This document shows, piece after piece, positions 12,101 to 28,619 of a DNA stretch of 32,000 nucleotides. The position numbers and the translations under genes were made by a program. Below the pieces are notes generated by a model, which was not told where the DNA came from, did not search any database, and saw nothing but the letters and a program-made list of their open reading frames with translations. Source of the stretch: Pasteurella multocida (lineage in GTDB: Bacteria; Pseudomonadota; Gammaproteobacteria; Enterobacterales; Pasteurellaceae); the NCBI RefSeq assembly GCF_900187275.1, contig NZ_LT906458.1:2070001-2102000 (forward strand), read 5' to 3'. Position 1 is the stretch's first letter, and every line of letters begins with the position of its first letter.

Positions 12101-13191
12101 TGATTGCAGGTGGTTTCGACGCGAAAAACTTAGATAAATTAGACCGCACTAAATGGTTAGAGCAATCATTAAGCGATGAAGCGCAACAAAACCAATTAGA
12201 GCAACTTGCTGAACAATACGAAGAATTACGTAAAGAATTTGAACGTAAGTTGGAAGTACAACGTGGCAAGATCATCCAAGGTGATGATTTAGCACCGGGC
12301 GTATTGAAAGTGGTGAAAGTGTATCTTGCGGTGAAACGTCAGATCCAACCAGGTGATAAAATGGCGGGTCGCCACGGTAACAAAGGGGTTATCTCAAAAA
12401 TCAACCCGGTGGAAGACATGCCATACGATGAAAACGGTCAACCAGTGGATATCGTGTTGAACCCGCTAGGTGTTCCATCACGTATGAACATTGGTCAGAT
12501 CTTAGAAACACACTTAGGTTTAGCCGCGAAAGGGATTGGTGACAAGATCAATGCGATGATCAAACAACAACAAGACGTGGCGAAATTGCGTGAATACATG
12601 CAAAAAGCCTACGACTTGGGTCACGGTTCACAAAAAGTGGATTTAAGCACTTTCTCTGATGAAGAAGTGATGCGTTTAGCACAAAACTTACGTAAAGGTT
12701 TACCGCTTGCCACCCCAGTATTTGACGGTGCGCACGAAAGCGAAATCAAAGGCTTATTAGAATTAGGTGGCTTGCCAACGTCTGGTCAAATTACTTTATT
12801 CGACGGCCGTACTGGTGAGAAGTTTGAGCGTCCAGTTACCGTAGGTTACATGTATATGCTCAAATTGAACCACTTAGTTGACGATAAAATGCATGCGCGT
12901 TCAACCGGTTCTTACAGCTTGGTAACACAACAACCATTGGGTGGTAAAGCCCAATTCGGTGGTCAGCGTTTCGGTGAGATGGAGGTGTGGGCACTTGAAG
13001 CATACGGTGCAGCTTATACTTTACAAGAAATGTTGACGGTGAAATCTGATGACGTGAAAGGTCGTACGAAGATGTATAAAAATATCGTCGGTGGCACACA
13101 TCAAATGGATCCAGGCACACCAGAATCTTTCAACGTCATCATGAAAGAAATTCGCTCGCTTGGTATCAATATTGATTTAGATGAAGATTAA
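9163..13191 (+). CDS. rpoB: DNA-directed RNA polymerase subunit beta
   Basis: [22 protein letters not shown] start with AGAGG RBS gives 1342 aa. The listed ORF carries a spurious 34-aa extension. RRDR text [34 protein letters not shown]. Confidence 0.98.
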   Translation: MVYSYTEKKRIRKDFGKRPQVLNVLYLLTIQLDSFDKFIQRDPEGQQGLEAAFRSVFPIVSNNGNTELQYVSYQLGEPVFDVRECQIRGTTYAAPLRVKLRLVSYDKDAAPGTIKDIKEQEVYMGEIPLMTDNGTFVINGTERVIVSQLHRSPGVFFDSDKGKTHSSGKVLYNARIIPYRGSWLDFEFDPKDNLYARIDRRRKLPATIILRALNYTTEQILDIFFDKVVFEISNNKLLMTLVPERLRGETATFDIEANGKVYVERGRRITARHIRALEKDQITQVEVPTEYIVGKVAAKDYVDLESGEIVCPANMEISLEMLAKLAQAGYKTIETLFTNDLDYGPYISETLRVDPSNDRLSALVEIYRMMRPGEPPTKEAAEGLFDNLFFSSDRYDLSAVGRMKFNRSLGIDEETGSGILSNDDIIGVMKKLIEIRNGRGEVDDIDHLGNRRIRSVGEMAENQFRIGLVRVERAVKERLSLGDLDAVTPQDLINAKPISAAVKEFFGSSQLSQFMDQNNPLSEVTHKRRISALGPGGLTRERAGFEVRDVHATHYGRVCPIETPEGPNIGLINSLSVYARTNDYGFLETPYRKVVNGQVTEEIEYLSAIEEGKYVIAQANSNLDEELRFTDAFVTCRGEHGESGLYRPDEIHYMDVSTQQVVSVAAALIPFLEHDDANRALMGANMQRQAVPTLRADKPLVGTGIEKAVAVDSGVTVIAKRGGMVQYVDASRIVVKVNEDETIPGEAGIDIYNLVKYTRSNQNTCINQIPCVSLGEPIGRGEVLADGPSTDLGELALGQNMRVAFMPWNGYNFEDSMLVSERVVQEDRFTTIHIQELSCVARDTKLGSEEITADIPNVGEAALSKLDESGIVYIGAEVKGGDILVGKVTPKGETQLTPEEKLLRAIFGEKASDVKDSSLRVPNSVSGTVIDVQVFTRDGVEKDKRALEIEEMQLKQAKKDLVEELEILEAGLFTRVRSLLIAGGFDAKNLDKLDRTKWLEQSLSDEAQQNQLEQLAEQYEELRKEFERKLEVQRGKIIQGDDLAPGVLKVVKVYLAVKRQIQPGDKMAGRHGNKGVISKINPVEDMPYDENGQPVDIVLNPLGVPSRMNIGQILETHLGLAAKGIGDKINAMIKQQQDVAKLREYMQKAYDLGHGSQKVDLSTFSDEEVMRLAQNLRKGLPLATPVFDGAHESEIKGLLELGGLPTSGQITLFDGRTGEKFERPVTVGYMYMLKLNHLVDDKMHARSTGSYSLVTQQPLGGKAQFGGQRFGEMEVWALEAYGAAYTLQEMLTVKSDDVKGRTKMYKNIVGGTHQMDPGTPESFNVIMKEIRSLGINIDLDED

Positions 13192-13301
13192 TCTGACATC
13201 ATAACCAAGCTTGGTGTAAAGCAATGTACGCGCAAGTGCGGTAAAAATTTTTAAAATTTCAGCCGCACTTGAATAAGTTTAACTCCGACAGGAGCAAATC
13301 T

Positions 13302-17555
<4,254 letters not shown>

Positions 17556-17566
17556 GCCTGATTAAG

Positions 17567-17600
17567 CAAAAAGCCCGAGCCTTAGGTTCGGGTTTTTTAT
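17567..17600 (+). terminator. rpoC terminator
   Basis: AAGCCCGAGCC-TTA-GGTTCGGGTTTTTT. Confidence 0.85.
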
Positions 17601-17626
17601 TCGCTAAATTGCAAAATTCCCTTTAT

Positions 17627-17677
17627 AATGACCGCACTTTATTCCATTCCAAACAGCAAAAAGTGCGGTCATTTTTT
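17627..17677. terminator. Extended inverted uptake-signal pair, terminator-like
   Basis: AATGACCGCACTTT (17627-17640) and AAAGTGCGGTCATT (17660-17673): perfect 14-bp inverted repeat followed by TTTT. Confidence 0.7.
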
Positions 17678-17697
17678 GCTATATTTTGTGAGCCTAT

Positions 17698-18492
17698 ATG
17701 AATGCGATTCAACCTGATGATGCCGGTTATTGGTTATTAACCCAAGATTCAGCCTTATATTTGATTAATGGGGAGCTACCTCAAGGTAAGGCAATTGATT
17801 TTCAGTTACAAGGCTATAATGGGATGATAATTGGTGAGCTCAATGGGCGGCCTTTATGGTTGGTGGAGGAGATAGCGGACGATCAGCGAACCTATTTCTC
17901 TTTACGTAGCTTATTAGCGTTGCCAGAAGCGCATTTTAATCTGCTTAACCGTGGTGTTGAGCTAAACCATTTCTTTAAAACTCATCGTTTTTGTGGCAAA
18001 TGTGGACATCCTACTGACCTTGTGCAGCAGGAATGGGCGATTCAATGTCAGAATCCATCTTGTTCACACCGCACTTACCCTGTGATTTGTCCTTGTATTA
18101 TTGTCGCGGTACGCCGTGGTGCACAAATTCTATTGGCTAACCACCAACGTCATAAGGGCGGCATTTACACGACTTTAGCGGGATTTGTTGAAGTAGGTGA
18201 AACCTTTGAACAGGCGGTACATCGAGAAGTGTTGGAAGAAACAGGCATTCAGATTCAGAATTTACGTTATTTCGGGAGCCAACCTTGGGCTTTTCCTAAT
18301 TCTGCTATGATTGGCTTTTTAGCCGATTATGCAGGAGGAGAGATTTGTGTACAAGAAATGGAAATTCATGATGCGCAATGGTTTGATTATAATGCGCCCC
18401 TCCCAGAGTTACCACCGAAAGGCACTATCGCGTTAAAATTAATTGAGCATACATTGCAACTGTGTGCTGAGGAAGAAAGGAAAGCAACATGA
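17698..18492 (+). CDS. nudC: NADH pyrophosphatase / RNA deNADding enzyme NudC
   Basis: 264 aa with zinc ribbon (CGKCGHPTD...CQNPSC) and Nudix box [23 protein letters not shown]; [11 protein letters not shown]. Confidence 0.93.
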
Positions 18493-19553
18493 CTGCATTA
18501 AAAAATGATCGCTATTTAAAAGCATTATTACGTGAGCCTGTCGATATGACACCGGTTTGGATGATGCGTCAAGCGGGACGCTATTTACCAGAATACCGTG
18601 CGACGAGAGCCGTCGCGGGGGACTTCATGTCTTTATGTCGCAATGCAGAGCTAGCTTGTGAGGTCACGTTACAACCTCTACGTCGTTACCCGTTGGATGC
18701 CGCCATTTTATTTTCTGATATTTTAACTATCCCAGATGCCATGGGGTTAGGCTTAAGTTTTGGGGTGGGCGAAGGACCGAAATTTGCGCATCCAATTGAA
18801 ACGCAACGTGCAGTGCAAAATTTACCCATTCCCGATCCTGAAGGTGAATTACAATATGTGATGAATGCAGTACGCACCATTCGCCGTGAATTAAAAGGGG
18901 AAGTGCCGTTGATTGGTTTCTCAGGTAGCCCTTGGACATTAGCAACCTATATGGTAGAAGGTGGCAGCAGTAAAGCCTTCACTAAAATAAAAAAAATGCT
19001 GTATGCCGATCCCCAATTATTGCATCAATTATTAGATAAACTGGCAGATGCTGTCATACTCTATTTGAATGCACAAATTAAAGCCGGCGCACAGTCAGTG
19101 ATGATCTTCGATACATGGGGTGGTGTGTTAGGGCATCGTGAGTATTTAGATTTTTCATTGCACTATATGCACAAAATTGTCGCAGGATTAATACGAGAAA
19201 ATGAAGGACGTAAAGTGCCGGTAACCTTGTTTACGAAAGGTGGTGGCATGTGGTTAGAAGCCATGGCAGAAACTGGTTGCGATGCGTTGGGCGTTGATTG
19301 GACGGTTAATTTGGCACAAGCCAAAGCCAGAGTCGGACATAAAGTGGCGTTACAAGGCAATATGGATCCATCGGTACTATATGCCTCACCTGCTCGTATT
19401 GAACAAGAAGTGCGGTCCATTTTGGCGGATTTTGGTGAGGGATCTGGTCATGTGTTCAATCTTGGTCATGGTATTCATCAAGATGTGCCAGAACAAAGCC
19501 CAGCGGTGTTTGTTAACGCGATTCATCAATTTTCTCAACCCTATCATAAATAA
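18489..19553 (+). CDS. hemE: Uroporphyrinogen decarboxylase
   Basis: 354 aa, [20 protein letters not shown] and [17 protein letters not shown]; ATGA overlap with nudC. Confidence 0.98.
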
Positions 19554-19567
19554 TACGCAGGAGAATT

Positions 19568-20158
19568 ATGCGAAACCCTATTCATAAACGCTTAGAAAAT
19601 CTTGAAACGTGGCAACATATCACTTTTATGGCGTGCCTTTGTGAACGTATGTTACCGAACTTTCAATTATTCTGTCAGGTCGTTGAGCAAGAGGAAAACG
19701 GCAAACTATATCAGAATATTTTGAACTTGGTTTGGGAACATTTGACGGTGAAAGGCGCCAAAATCAATTTTGAGAACCAGTTAGAAAAATTAGAAAATAT
19801 TATTCCAGATTTAAATGAACACCAATTTTATGGTGCACTTCCAGCTGCAGATGCCTGTGAAGCCCTTTCTGAGCTTTTGCATACACTGATTGCGGGTTCC
19901 AGTTTAGAACAAGCCATAAAAATAAGCCAATTATCATTACAAACTGTGGCGACTTTTTTAGAACAGCAAGCTGAACAAGCATTATCTGAAAAAGCCTTAA
20001 AAGAAAGTGAGGAAATTCAGCAAGAATTGGACCTCCAGTGGCTTATTTACCGCACTTTGAACGCGTGTGAGAAGCGTGATATTGCGCTGATTTTAGACTT
20101 AAAAAATGAACTGCGCAGCACGGGAATCTCTAATATCGGTATAGAAACTGAGCAATAA
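19568..20158 (+). CDS. yjaG: DUF416 family protein (YjaG-like)
   Basis: 196 aa, RNPIHKRLENLETWQHITFMACLCERMLPNFQLFC; located between hemE and hupA as in the conserved gammaproteobacterial neighbourhood. Confidence 0.85.
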   Translation: MRNPIHKRLENLETWQHITFMACLCERMLPNFQLFCQVVEQEENGKLYQNILNLVWEHLTVKGAKINFENQLEKLENIIPDLNEHQFYGALPAADACEALSELLHTLIAGSSLEQAIKISQLSLQTVATFLEQQAEQALSEKALKESEEIQQELDLQWLIYRTLNACEKRDIALILDLKNELRSTGISNIGIETEQ

Positions 20159-20309
20159 TGTGATGTTTATAACAAAATTTGAAAATCTTGCTTTGTTTTA
20201 TGGCGAACTTAGATTAAGCTTGGCATTGCTGTGTCTACAGTAATCATTTTATCGGAAACACATCATGTCTTTCCTCACGATTTAAATAAAAAGTAGAAGG
20301 TATTTATTT

Positions 20310-20582
20310 ATGAACAAAACGGATTTAATTGATGCGATTGCAAGTGCGGCTGAGTTAAACAAGAAGCAAGCAAAAGCAGCATTAGAAGCAACTCTAGAAG
20401 CGATTTCTGGTAGTTTAAAAGCGGGTGAACCAGTGCAATTAATCGGCTTTGGTACATTCAAAGTAAATTCACGCAAAGCGCGTACAGGGCGTAACCCACA
20501 AACAGGTGCAGAAATCAAAATTGCTGCTTCTAAAGTGCCTGCTTTCGTTGCTGGTAAAGCCTTAAAAGACGCTGTTAAATAA
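20310..20582 (+). CDS. hupA: DNA-binding protein HU (alpha type)
   Basis: 90 aa, [32 protein letters not shown]...[21 protein letters not shown]. Confidence 0.96.
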   Translation: MNKTDLIDAIASAAELNKKQAKAALEATLEAISGSLKAGEPVQLIGFGTFKVNSRKARTGRNPQTGAEIKIAASKVPAFVAGKALKDAVK

Positions 20583-20743
20583 TTAAGTCATACTTTTTCA
20601 TATGTACACAAACACTCCAAATGAATCAGTTTTCTGTATTTAATATTTGCATAAACTGACCTGCTAACTATAATGAGCCTCATGTTTTAATTTTCTTTAG
20701 CGTAAACTTAACACATTAAACTTTTTATAAAAAGGAGAATACT

Positions 20744-22576
20744 ATGTGTGGTATTGTTGGTGCAATTGCACAACGTGATGTAGCAGAAATTTTAGTGAAT
20801 GGTTTACATCGTTTGGAGTATCGGGGCTATGATTCAGCAGGGATAGCCATTGTCGATCAAGAGAAACGATTGCAACGTGTTCGCTGTTTAGGAAAAGTAC
20901 AGGTATTAGCTGAAGCCGTTGCGGCTGAAAAAATAACAGGGGGCACAGGGATCGCTCATACCCGCTGGGCAACACATGGTGCGCCTTCTGAAGATAATGC
21001 ACACCCTCATGTATCAGGTCAGTTTGCGGTAGTGCACAATGGAATTATTGAAAACTATGAACAATTACGCATTGATTTACAACAGAAGGGTTATCAATTT
21101 CTCTCTCAGACCGATACTGAAGTGATTGCCCATTTAGTGCATTGGGTAATGCGTAACGAAACTTCGTTGTTACGAGCTGTGCAGCAGGTCGTAAAACAGC
21201 TAAAAGGGGCTTATGGGATGGTTGTGATGGACTGTGAACAACCAAATCATCTTGTTGCAGCTCGCTCAGGTAGCCCATTAGTGATTGGTTTAGGGATAGG
21301 GGAAAATTTCCTAGCCTCAGATCAACTTGCTTTGTTAAATGTGACACGTCGTTTTATTTTTTTAGAAGAAGGGGATGTAGCAGAAATTACTCGACGCACC
21401 GTCGATATTTACGATGTGAATGGACATCCCGTTCAACGTGACAGCCAAGACTCTCATCTTACACACGATGCAACGGAAAAAGGCACATTTCGTCACTTCA
21501 TGCAAAAAGAGATTTTTGAACAACCTCGTGCTATCTTAAATACCCTTGAGGGCAGATTGCATCAGCATAATGTCTTGGTGGACAGCATCGGTAATGGCGC
21601 AGAACGATTATTAGAGCAGGTTGAACATATTCAGATTGTGGCTTGTGGCACCTCTTACAATGCAGGTATGGTAGCGCGTTATTGGTTTGAACATTTAGCA
21701 GGAATAAGCTGTGATGTGGAAATTGCTTCAGAGTTTCGTTATCGCAAATTTGTGACGCGCCCTAAGAGTTTATTGATTACCCTTTCCCAATCAGGTGAAA
21801 CTGCTGATACGTTAGCCGCATTACGTTTAGCTAAAGAAAAAGGTTATATGGGTGCGATGACGATTTGTAATGTAGCGGGCTCTTCACTGGTACGAGAATC
21901 AGATCTTGCCTTTATGACTCGCGCGGGAGTAGAAATTGGCGTGGCATCAACAAAGGCTTTTACCACACAATTGGCAACCTTACTGATGCTAGTGATTGCC
22001 ATTGGTAAAGTCACAGGGAACATTTCTCTGTCGCAGGAAGAAGAACTGGTTAAGGCCCTGCAATCTTTACCTGCTGAGATAGAGAAAGCATTAGCATTTA
22101 ATCAACAAATTGAAAGTCTCGCGCAAGATTTTGCGGATAAACACCATGCCTTGTTTTTAGGACGAGGAGAGTATTATCCGATTGCGATGGAAGGCGCGTT
22201 AAAGTTAAAAGAAATCTCTTATATTCATGCGGAAGCCTATGCCGCGGGTGAGCTAAAACATGGTCCACTTGCGTTAATTGATGCGGATATGCCGGTGATT
22301 GTGGTCGCACCAACTAATGATCTTTTAGAAAAAGTAAAATCCAATATTGAAGAGGTGCGTTCTCGTGGCGGACAGCTTTACGTATTTGCTGATAAAGAAG
22401 CCGGCTTTACTGAAACGGAAGGAATGAAAATTATGACGATGCCAAAAGTCAATGAAGTGATTGCCCCGATTTTTTATACCATTCCTATGCAATTGTTGGC
22501 TTATCACGTTGCCTTAATTAAGGGAACCGACGTGGATCAACCGAGAAACCTTGCAAAAGCCGTTACTGTAGAATAA
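20744..22576 (+). CDS. glmS: Glutamine--fructose-6-phosphate aminotransferase (isomerizing)
   Basis: 610 aa, [36 protein letters not shown]-domain text and the C-terminal NLAKAVTVE. Confidence 0.98.
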
Positions 22577-22604
22577 TTGCGGTGTGGGGAATAGCATAAA
22601 TGTC

Positions 22605-22637
22605 AAAGGCAGAGAATACGACTTCTCTGCCTTTTAT
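22605..22637 (+). terminator. glmS terminator
   Basis: AAAGGCAGAGA (22605-22615), 8-nt loop, TCTCTGCCTTT (22624-22634). Confidence 0.8.
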
Positions 22638-22708
22638 CTCTCAACCTTACGGTGAGTTATAAAATTTTTCTCAGAATCAACCGCACTTTTACGGTCCCTA
22701 TCTTTCCC

Positions 22709-23080
22709 TTATGAACTAATAACCCCACCGTCTTCTTTTTGAATCACCACGGTAGCAGAACGTGGACGTGTTTTTCCTTGTCTATCTGGCCAAGTTGAGA
22801 TCGCGGTCACTTGGTCAGGTTCAGTCACCCGCTATCAGGCATCACCAGGATGCTGGATATTAATAAACATGGTTTTATTATCCGGTGTAAAGGCAATACC
22901 AGTGACTTCACTACCATTGGGTGCCGTTAAGAAACGTTTGAATTCGCCTTGTTCAGGGATAACAGCAATCCATGTTATGTTGGGCGATTCATTTTGTCCC
23001 ACTTAATTTGAGTATGCTTCGCCTAGAAAGATGAGCTTTATCACATCTGACATAATACGGGTATCAGAAGAGTTCATCAT
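22709..23080 (-). pseudogene. Decayed PhoX-like (DUF839) alkaline phosphatase remnant: Tat-signal N-terminus fused by internal deletion to the C-terminus
   Basis: Minus-strand translation of the C-terminal part: NESPNITWIAVIPEQGEFKRFLTAPNGSEVTGIAFTPDNKTMFINIQHPGDA**RVTEPDQVTAISTWPDRQGKTRPRSATVVIQKEDGGVISS*. Two in-frame stops at 22832-22837. Upstream MMNSSDTRIMSDVIK followed, after a frameshift, by HLSRRSILKLSG (23007-23033, twin-arginine-like motif). Confidence 0.75.
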
Positions 23081-23250
23081 AATATGTTCTTGTACTGAGT
23101 TAGTTATAATATGCGCCTGTTGCGAAAGTAAGGGGGGAAAGTTTATATAGAAGGGCTGTCTATAAAGAGATGTTAACAGTGTAATGAAAATTTAAAGGAT
23201 GAATTGAAAAGAAAGATTAAACGCTATGTCATAGAAGGCGAAAAAAGAAT

Positions 23251-23281
23251 AAAAAAATCCCCAGTCAAGTTGACCGGGGAG
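23251..23281 (-). terminator. metQ terminator
   Basis: Minus strand TCCCCGGTCAACTTGACTGGGGATTTTTTT. Confidence 0.85.
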
Positions 23282-23308
23282 TACTGAAATGTAAGTAATA
23301 GTTGCGTC

Positions 23309-24139
23309 TTACCAACCTTTAACCACACCACCTTGGAAGTGTTTAAGTGCTTCTTGATACACTTCTTCGGTTTGGAATGCTTTCACAAAATCTTTGATCG
23401 CTTCATTGTCTTTATTATCTTCACGGCTCACCACTAAGTTAACATAAGGTGAATCTTTATCTTCGACAAAGATACCATCTTTTTCAGCGGTTAAACCTTG
23501 TTGTACAGCATAGTTATTGTTGATGATCGCGAAATCGACATCATCTAACATACGTGGAAGTAGTGAACCTTCAACTTCTTTGATTTGGAGATTTTTTGGA
23601 TTCTCAATCACATCAATTGAGGTTGAGAATAAGTTACTTGGATCTTTTAACTTAATTAAGCCTTGTTTTTCTAAAAGTAATAATGCACGACCTAAGTTAC
23701 TTGGATTGTTTGGTACCGCAACAGTTGCCCCATCTTGTAACTCAGAGACATTTTTGATTTTTTTAGAATACGCTGTAATTGGGAAAACGAATGTATTGCC
23801 TACGATCGCCAATTTATAACCACGTTGCTCAACTTCTTTGTCCATGTAAGGTTTGTGTTGGAAGGCATTAGCATCTAAATCGCCCTTCGTTAATGCATCA
23901 TTTGGTTGAGTGTATTCCGTAAACTCAACTAATTTCACATCAATATTATATTTTTCCTTCGCAATTTTGGCAGCAACTTCTGTCACTTGCGCTTCAGCAC
24001 TTGTCATCACTCCAACAGTTAATTTACGCGCAGCAGGTTCTTGTGGTGCAGCAGCGGCTGCCGGTTTATCATCTTTACAACCTGCTAGTGCGACAGCAGA
24101 AACCAGTGTTGCTAGACCAAAAAGTTTTGTTAATTTCAT
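23309..24139 (-). CDS. metQ: Methionine ABC transporter substrate-binding lipoprotein MetQ
   Basis: 276 aa with lipobox LAGC; KIAKEKYNIDVKLVEFTEYTQPNDALTKGDLDANAFQHKPYMD; adjacent to metI and metN. Confidence 0.95.
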   Translation of the reverse strand: MKLTKLFGLATLVSAVALAGCKDDKPAAAAAPQEPAARKLTVGVMTSAEAQVTEVAAKIAKEKYNIDVKLVEFTEYTQPNDALTKGDLDANAFQHKPYMDKEVEQRGYKLAIVGNTFVFPITAYSKKIKNVSELQDGATVAVPNNPSNLGRALLLLEKQGLIKLKDPSNLFSTSIDVIENPKNLQIKEVEGSLLPRMLDDVDFAIINNNYAVQQGLTAEKDGIFVEDKDSPYVNLVVSREDNKDNEAIKDFVKAFQTEEVYQEALKHFQGGVVKGW

Positions 24140-24182
24140 AGAAAATCCTCTAAAAAATGATGTTGTGTAAATTATATTTCAA

Positions 24183-24872
24183 TTAACGGTGATCAAAACG
24201 TTCTGCTAAGTGGTCGCCCAACTTTTGGCTTAACATAACGATCAGGACGATAATGATGGTTGCGATCCATTTTACATAGATCATATTGCGGTGTTCACCA
24301 TAAGTAATGGCTAAATTACCTAAGCCACCACCGCCGACAGCACCCGCCATCGCAGAGTAACCAATTAAAGCGACTAAGGTAAGCGTAATGCCATTAATTA
24401 AAATTGGGATCGATTCTGGTAAATAGTATTTGGTGACAATTTGCCAGTTTGTCGCTCCCATGGATTTTGCGGCTTCTGTTAAGCCACTTGGAATTTCCAA
24501 TAATGCATTTGCAGTTAAACGTGCGAAAAAGGGAATGGCAGACACACTTAATGGCACGATAGCCGCTGTTGTCCCTAATGTTGTTCCAACCACCAAACGA
24601 GTAAAAGGAAGTAAAATAATCAGTAAAATAATAAAAGGTACTGAACGACCAATATTGATGATTACATTTAATACTTGATTGGCACGACGATTTTCTAAAA
24701 TTTCACCTTTACCTGTTAGAAAAGCTAATAAACCAATGGGTAACCCAATCACGATAGCAAATAAGGTGGCAATAAACCCCATGTAAAGTGTTTCAAGAGT
24801 CGAAAGACCAACGAGCTCCCAAATTCTTGGTGTCATTTCTTGGGTGAAATCTGCCCATAATTGATCAAACAT
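24183..24872 (-). CDS. metI: Methionine ABC transporter permease MetI
   Basis: 229 aa, [21 protein letters not shown] and [19 protein letters not shown]; overlaps metN by 8 nt. Confidence 0.95.
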   Translation of the reverse strand: MFDQLWADFTQEMTPRIWELVGLSTLETLYMGFIATLFAIVIGLPIGLLAFLTGKGEILENRRANQVLNVIINIGRSVPFIILLIILLPFTRLVVGTTLGTTAAIVPLSVSAIPFFARLTANALLEIPSGLTEAAKSMGATNWQIVTKYYLPESIPILINGITLTLVALIGYSAMAGAVGGGGLGNLAITYGEHRNMIYVKWIATIIIVLIVMLSQKLGDHLAERFDHR

Positions 24873-25899
24873 AGCCTAATACCTCAACTTTTACATTATG
24901 TTCCATTAAATAGGTTTTTGTTCTGGTAATCGCTTCGTCATCACCTTCCATTTCAGCAATCACAAAACCAAATTTAACACCGCCTGCATAGTCGATTTGC
25001 GAAGTTAAAATACTCAGATCGACCCCAAACATTTTAGATGCTTGCGATAATACAGGGGCATCGACAGTGCGACCAGTAAATTCAAATTTTACAATTGGCC
25101 AAGATGTCGCATTTCTTGGTGTTTCGGTTAATTTTTCCATATATTCTTCTGGCAGGCTAATATGGAATGTGGAACGGATAAACTCTTTTGCCAGTTGAGT
25201 TTGAGGATTCGAGAATATCTCACTCACCGAACCTTGCTCGATCAAACGTCCTTTGTCGATAACAGCCACATGATCACAAATACGTTTTACGACTTCCATT
25301 TCATGGGTGATCAAAAGAATCGTGATCCCTAATGTGCGGTTAATTTCTTTCAATAATGTCAAAATAGACTGCGTTGTTGCAGGATCTAAAGCACTGGTGG
25401 CTTCATCACATAATAAAACCTTTGGCTCACTTGCCAGTGCACGAGCAATAGCGACTCGCTGTTTTTGTCCACCTGATAAATTTGAGGGATAGACATCTTT
25501 TTTGTCAGTTAAACCCACTAATGCAAGTAATTCATTCACTTTTTGATGAATTTTCTCTTTTGGTGTATTTTCCAACTCCAATGGCAACGCGATATTGCCA
25601 AATACTGTGCGTGATGTTAATAAATTAAAGTGTTGGAAAATCATGCCAATATGGCGACGCTCGTGCACTAAATCCGCATTTTTTAACTGTGTTAAATCTT
25701 TACCATCAACAATGACAGCACCAGAAGAAGGGGTCTCAAGTAAGTTGACACAACGAATTAAAGTACTTTTCCCTGCGCCAGATGCACCAATCACACCGCA
25801 GATTTGCCCCTTAGGTACATGCAGTGAAACATTATCAAGTGCGGTCAATTTTTTACCTGACACATCAAACATTTTACTAATCTTTTCTAGCTTAATCAT
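24865..25899 (-). CDS. metN: Methionine ABC transporter ATP-binding protein MetN
   Basis: Start [28 protein letters not shown] (344 aa). Walker [14 protein letters not shown], signature [15 protein letters not shown], Walker [13 protein letters not shown]. The listed ORF has a 23-aa spurious N-terminal extension. Confidence 0.96.
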   Translation of the reverse strand: MIKLEKISKMFDVSGKKLTALDNVSLHVPKGQICGVIGASGAGKSTLIRCVNLLETPSSGAVIVDGKDLTQLKNADLVHERRHIGMIFQHFNLLTSRTVFGNIALPLELENTPKEKIHQKVNELLALVGLTDKKDVYPSNLSGGQKQRVAIARALASEPKVLLCDEATSALDPATTQSILTLLKEINRTLGITILLITHEMEVVKRICDHVAVIDKGRLIEQGSVSEIFSNPQTQLAKEFIRSTFHISLPEEYMEKLTETPRNATSWPIVKFEFTGRTVDAPVLSQASKMFGVDLSILTSQIDYAGGVKFGFVIAEMEGDDEAITRTKTYLMEHNVKVEVLGYV

Positions 25900-25940
25900 A
25901 TAAGCCCTTTGTTTATCATTTTTTGTTACATTGGCTGTGT

Positions 25941-25968
25941 ATTTTAGACGTCTAGATTTCCGTGTCAA
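25941..25968 (-). promoter_or_regulatory. metNIQ promoter with embedded MetJ operator
   Basis: Minus strand TTGACA (25963-25968), 16-nt spacer, TAAAAT (25941-25946). A perfect met box AGACGTCT at 25946-25953 plus a degenerate adjacent box AGATTTCC at 25954-25961 fill the spacer. Confidence 0.8.
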
Positions 25969-26091
25969 TATGTAATTTTAATATTTTTAGTACAATTTGT
26001 TATGAGATAGAAATAATCGCGACTTTATTTGCGAAGTGAGTCAAGAAAAGGGATAATTTAAAGCACATTTAAATAAAAGGAAGGCTCTCAT

Positions 26092-26646
26092 ATGAAAAAA
26101 GCAATTTTTTTAGATCGAGATGGCACATTAAATATTGATCATGGCTATGTTCATGAAATTGATCAGTTTCAATTTATTGACGGTAGCATTGAAGCGTTAC
26201 AACAACTGAAAGCGATGGGCTATTTATTGGTACTTGTAACAAATCAGTCAGGTATTGCGCGTGGATATTTTAGCGAAGATCAATTTTTACAGCTGACAGA
26301 ATGGATGGATTGGTCGCTGGCAGATCGAGGCGTTGATCTTGATGGCATTTATTATTGTCCACATCATATAGACGGAAAAGGAGAGTATCGTCAAGTTTGT
26401 GATTGTCGTAAACCAAAAGCGGGTATGCTATTACAAGCGATCAAAGAACTTAAGATTGATCCTAGTGCTTCTTTTATGGTGGGTGACAAAGTTGAGGATG
26501 TGTTAGCAGGAAAAGCAGCAAATATCAAAAATACTGTTTTAGTGAAAACAGGAAAACCGATTACAGCAGAAGGTGTAAAACAAGCAGATTATTTGTTAGC
26601 GTCCATTGCGGATCTACCAAAACTGATAAAAGGATTAAAAAGTTAA
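26092..26646 (+). CDS. gmhB: D-glycero-beta-D-manno-heptose-1,7-bisphosphate 7-phosphatase
   Basis: 184 aa HAD phosphatase: [43 protein letters not shown]. Located between metNIQ and an rrn operon. Confidence 0.93.
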   Translation: MKKAIFLDRDGTLNIDHGYVHEIDQFQFIDGSIEALQQLKAMGYLLVLVTNQSGIARGYFSEDQFLQLTEWMDWSLADRGVDLDGIYYCPHHIDGKGEYRQVCDCRKPKAGMLLQAIKELKIDPSASFMVGDKVEDVLAGKAANIKNTVLVKTGKPITAEGVKQADYLLASIADLPKLIKGLKS

Positions 26647-26679
26647 CAAAAATCTAACAAGATTTACACATTAAGTTTA

Positions 26680-26754
26680 AAAAATAATCTTTTAATAAAA
26701 AATTTAATTTTTTTTGTAAAAAGGGGTTGCAAAGGGTTTTAAAATGCCTATAAT
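26680..26754 (+). promoter_or_regulatory. rrn P1 promoter with AT-rich UP-like region
   Basis: TTGCAA (26727-26732), 16-nt spacer, TATAAT (26749-26754), followed by ACGCCCC, with long A/T tracts upstream. Confidence 0.8.
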
Positions 26755-26763
26755 ACGCCCCAC

Positions 26764-26833
26764 ACAACGACGCGACGTTGTACGAGATAGTAGATACACC
26801 TCGCGTCGTTGTTTTTTGTTCTTTAACAATCTA
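26764..26833 (+). promoter_or_regulatory. rrn leader: large inverted repeat plus boxA-like antitermination element
   Basis: ACAACGACGCGA (26764-26775) with TCGCGTCGTTGT (26801-26812) and a T-run, then boxA-like TGTTCTTTAACAA (from about 26818). Confidence 0.65.
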
Positions 26834-26985
26834 ACAGACAATCTGTGTGGGCACTTGTTGATTGATTTCATTTAAAAAAATTTTAAAATTGAAGTCTTAA
26901 TAGGTGCTTAATACTGAAAATTCATGATACTTTTGAAGTAAATGTAAACTTTTAGCTAAGCAGTTTATTGAGCGATTGAACTTTG

Positions 26986-28526
<1,541 letters not shown>

Positions 28527-28619
28527 CCTAAAATGGAACGACTGCAAGTGTTCACACAGATTGTTTAGTAGATTGTATGAATGAAATATATGGCAAAGTG
28601 GAGAGCATCTTTACATGTT

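Noticed and set aside
19282-19587. 101-aa ORF overlapping hemE and the yjaG start
   Set aside because: Out of frame with hemE over its well-supported C-terminus; a fortuitous ORF.
22976-23180. Possible insertion-sequence remnant near the phosphatase fragment
   Set aside because: I saw no terminal inverted repeats, target duplication or transposase-like translation. The sequence is better explained by the pseudogene N-terminus plus intergenic DNA.
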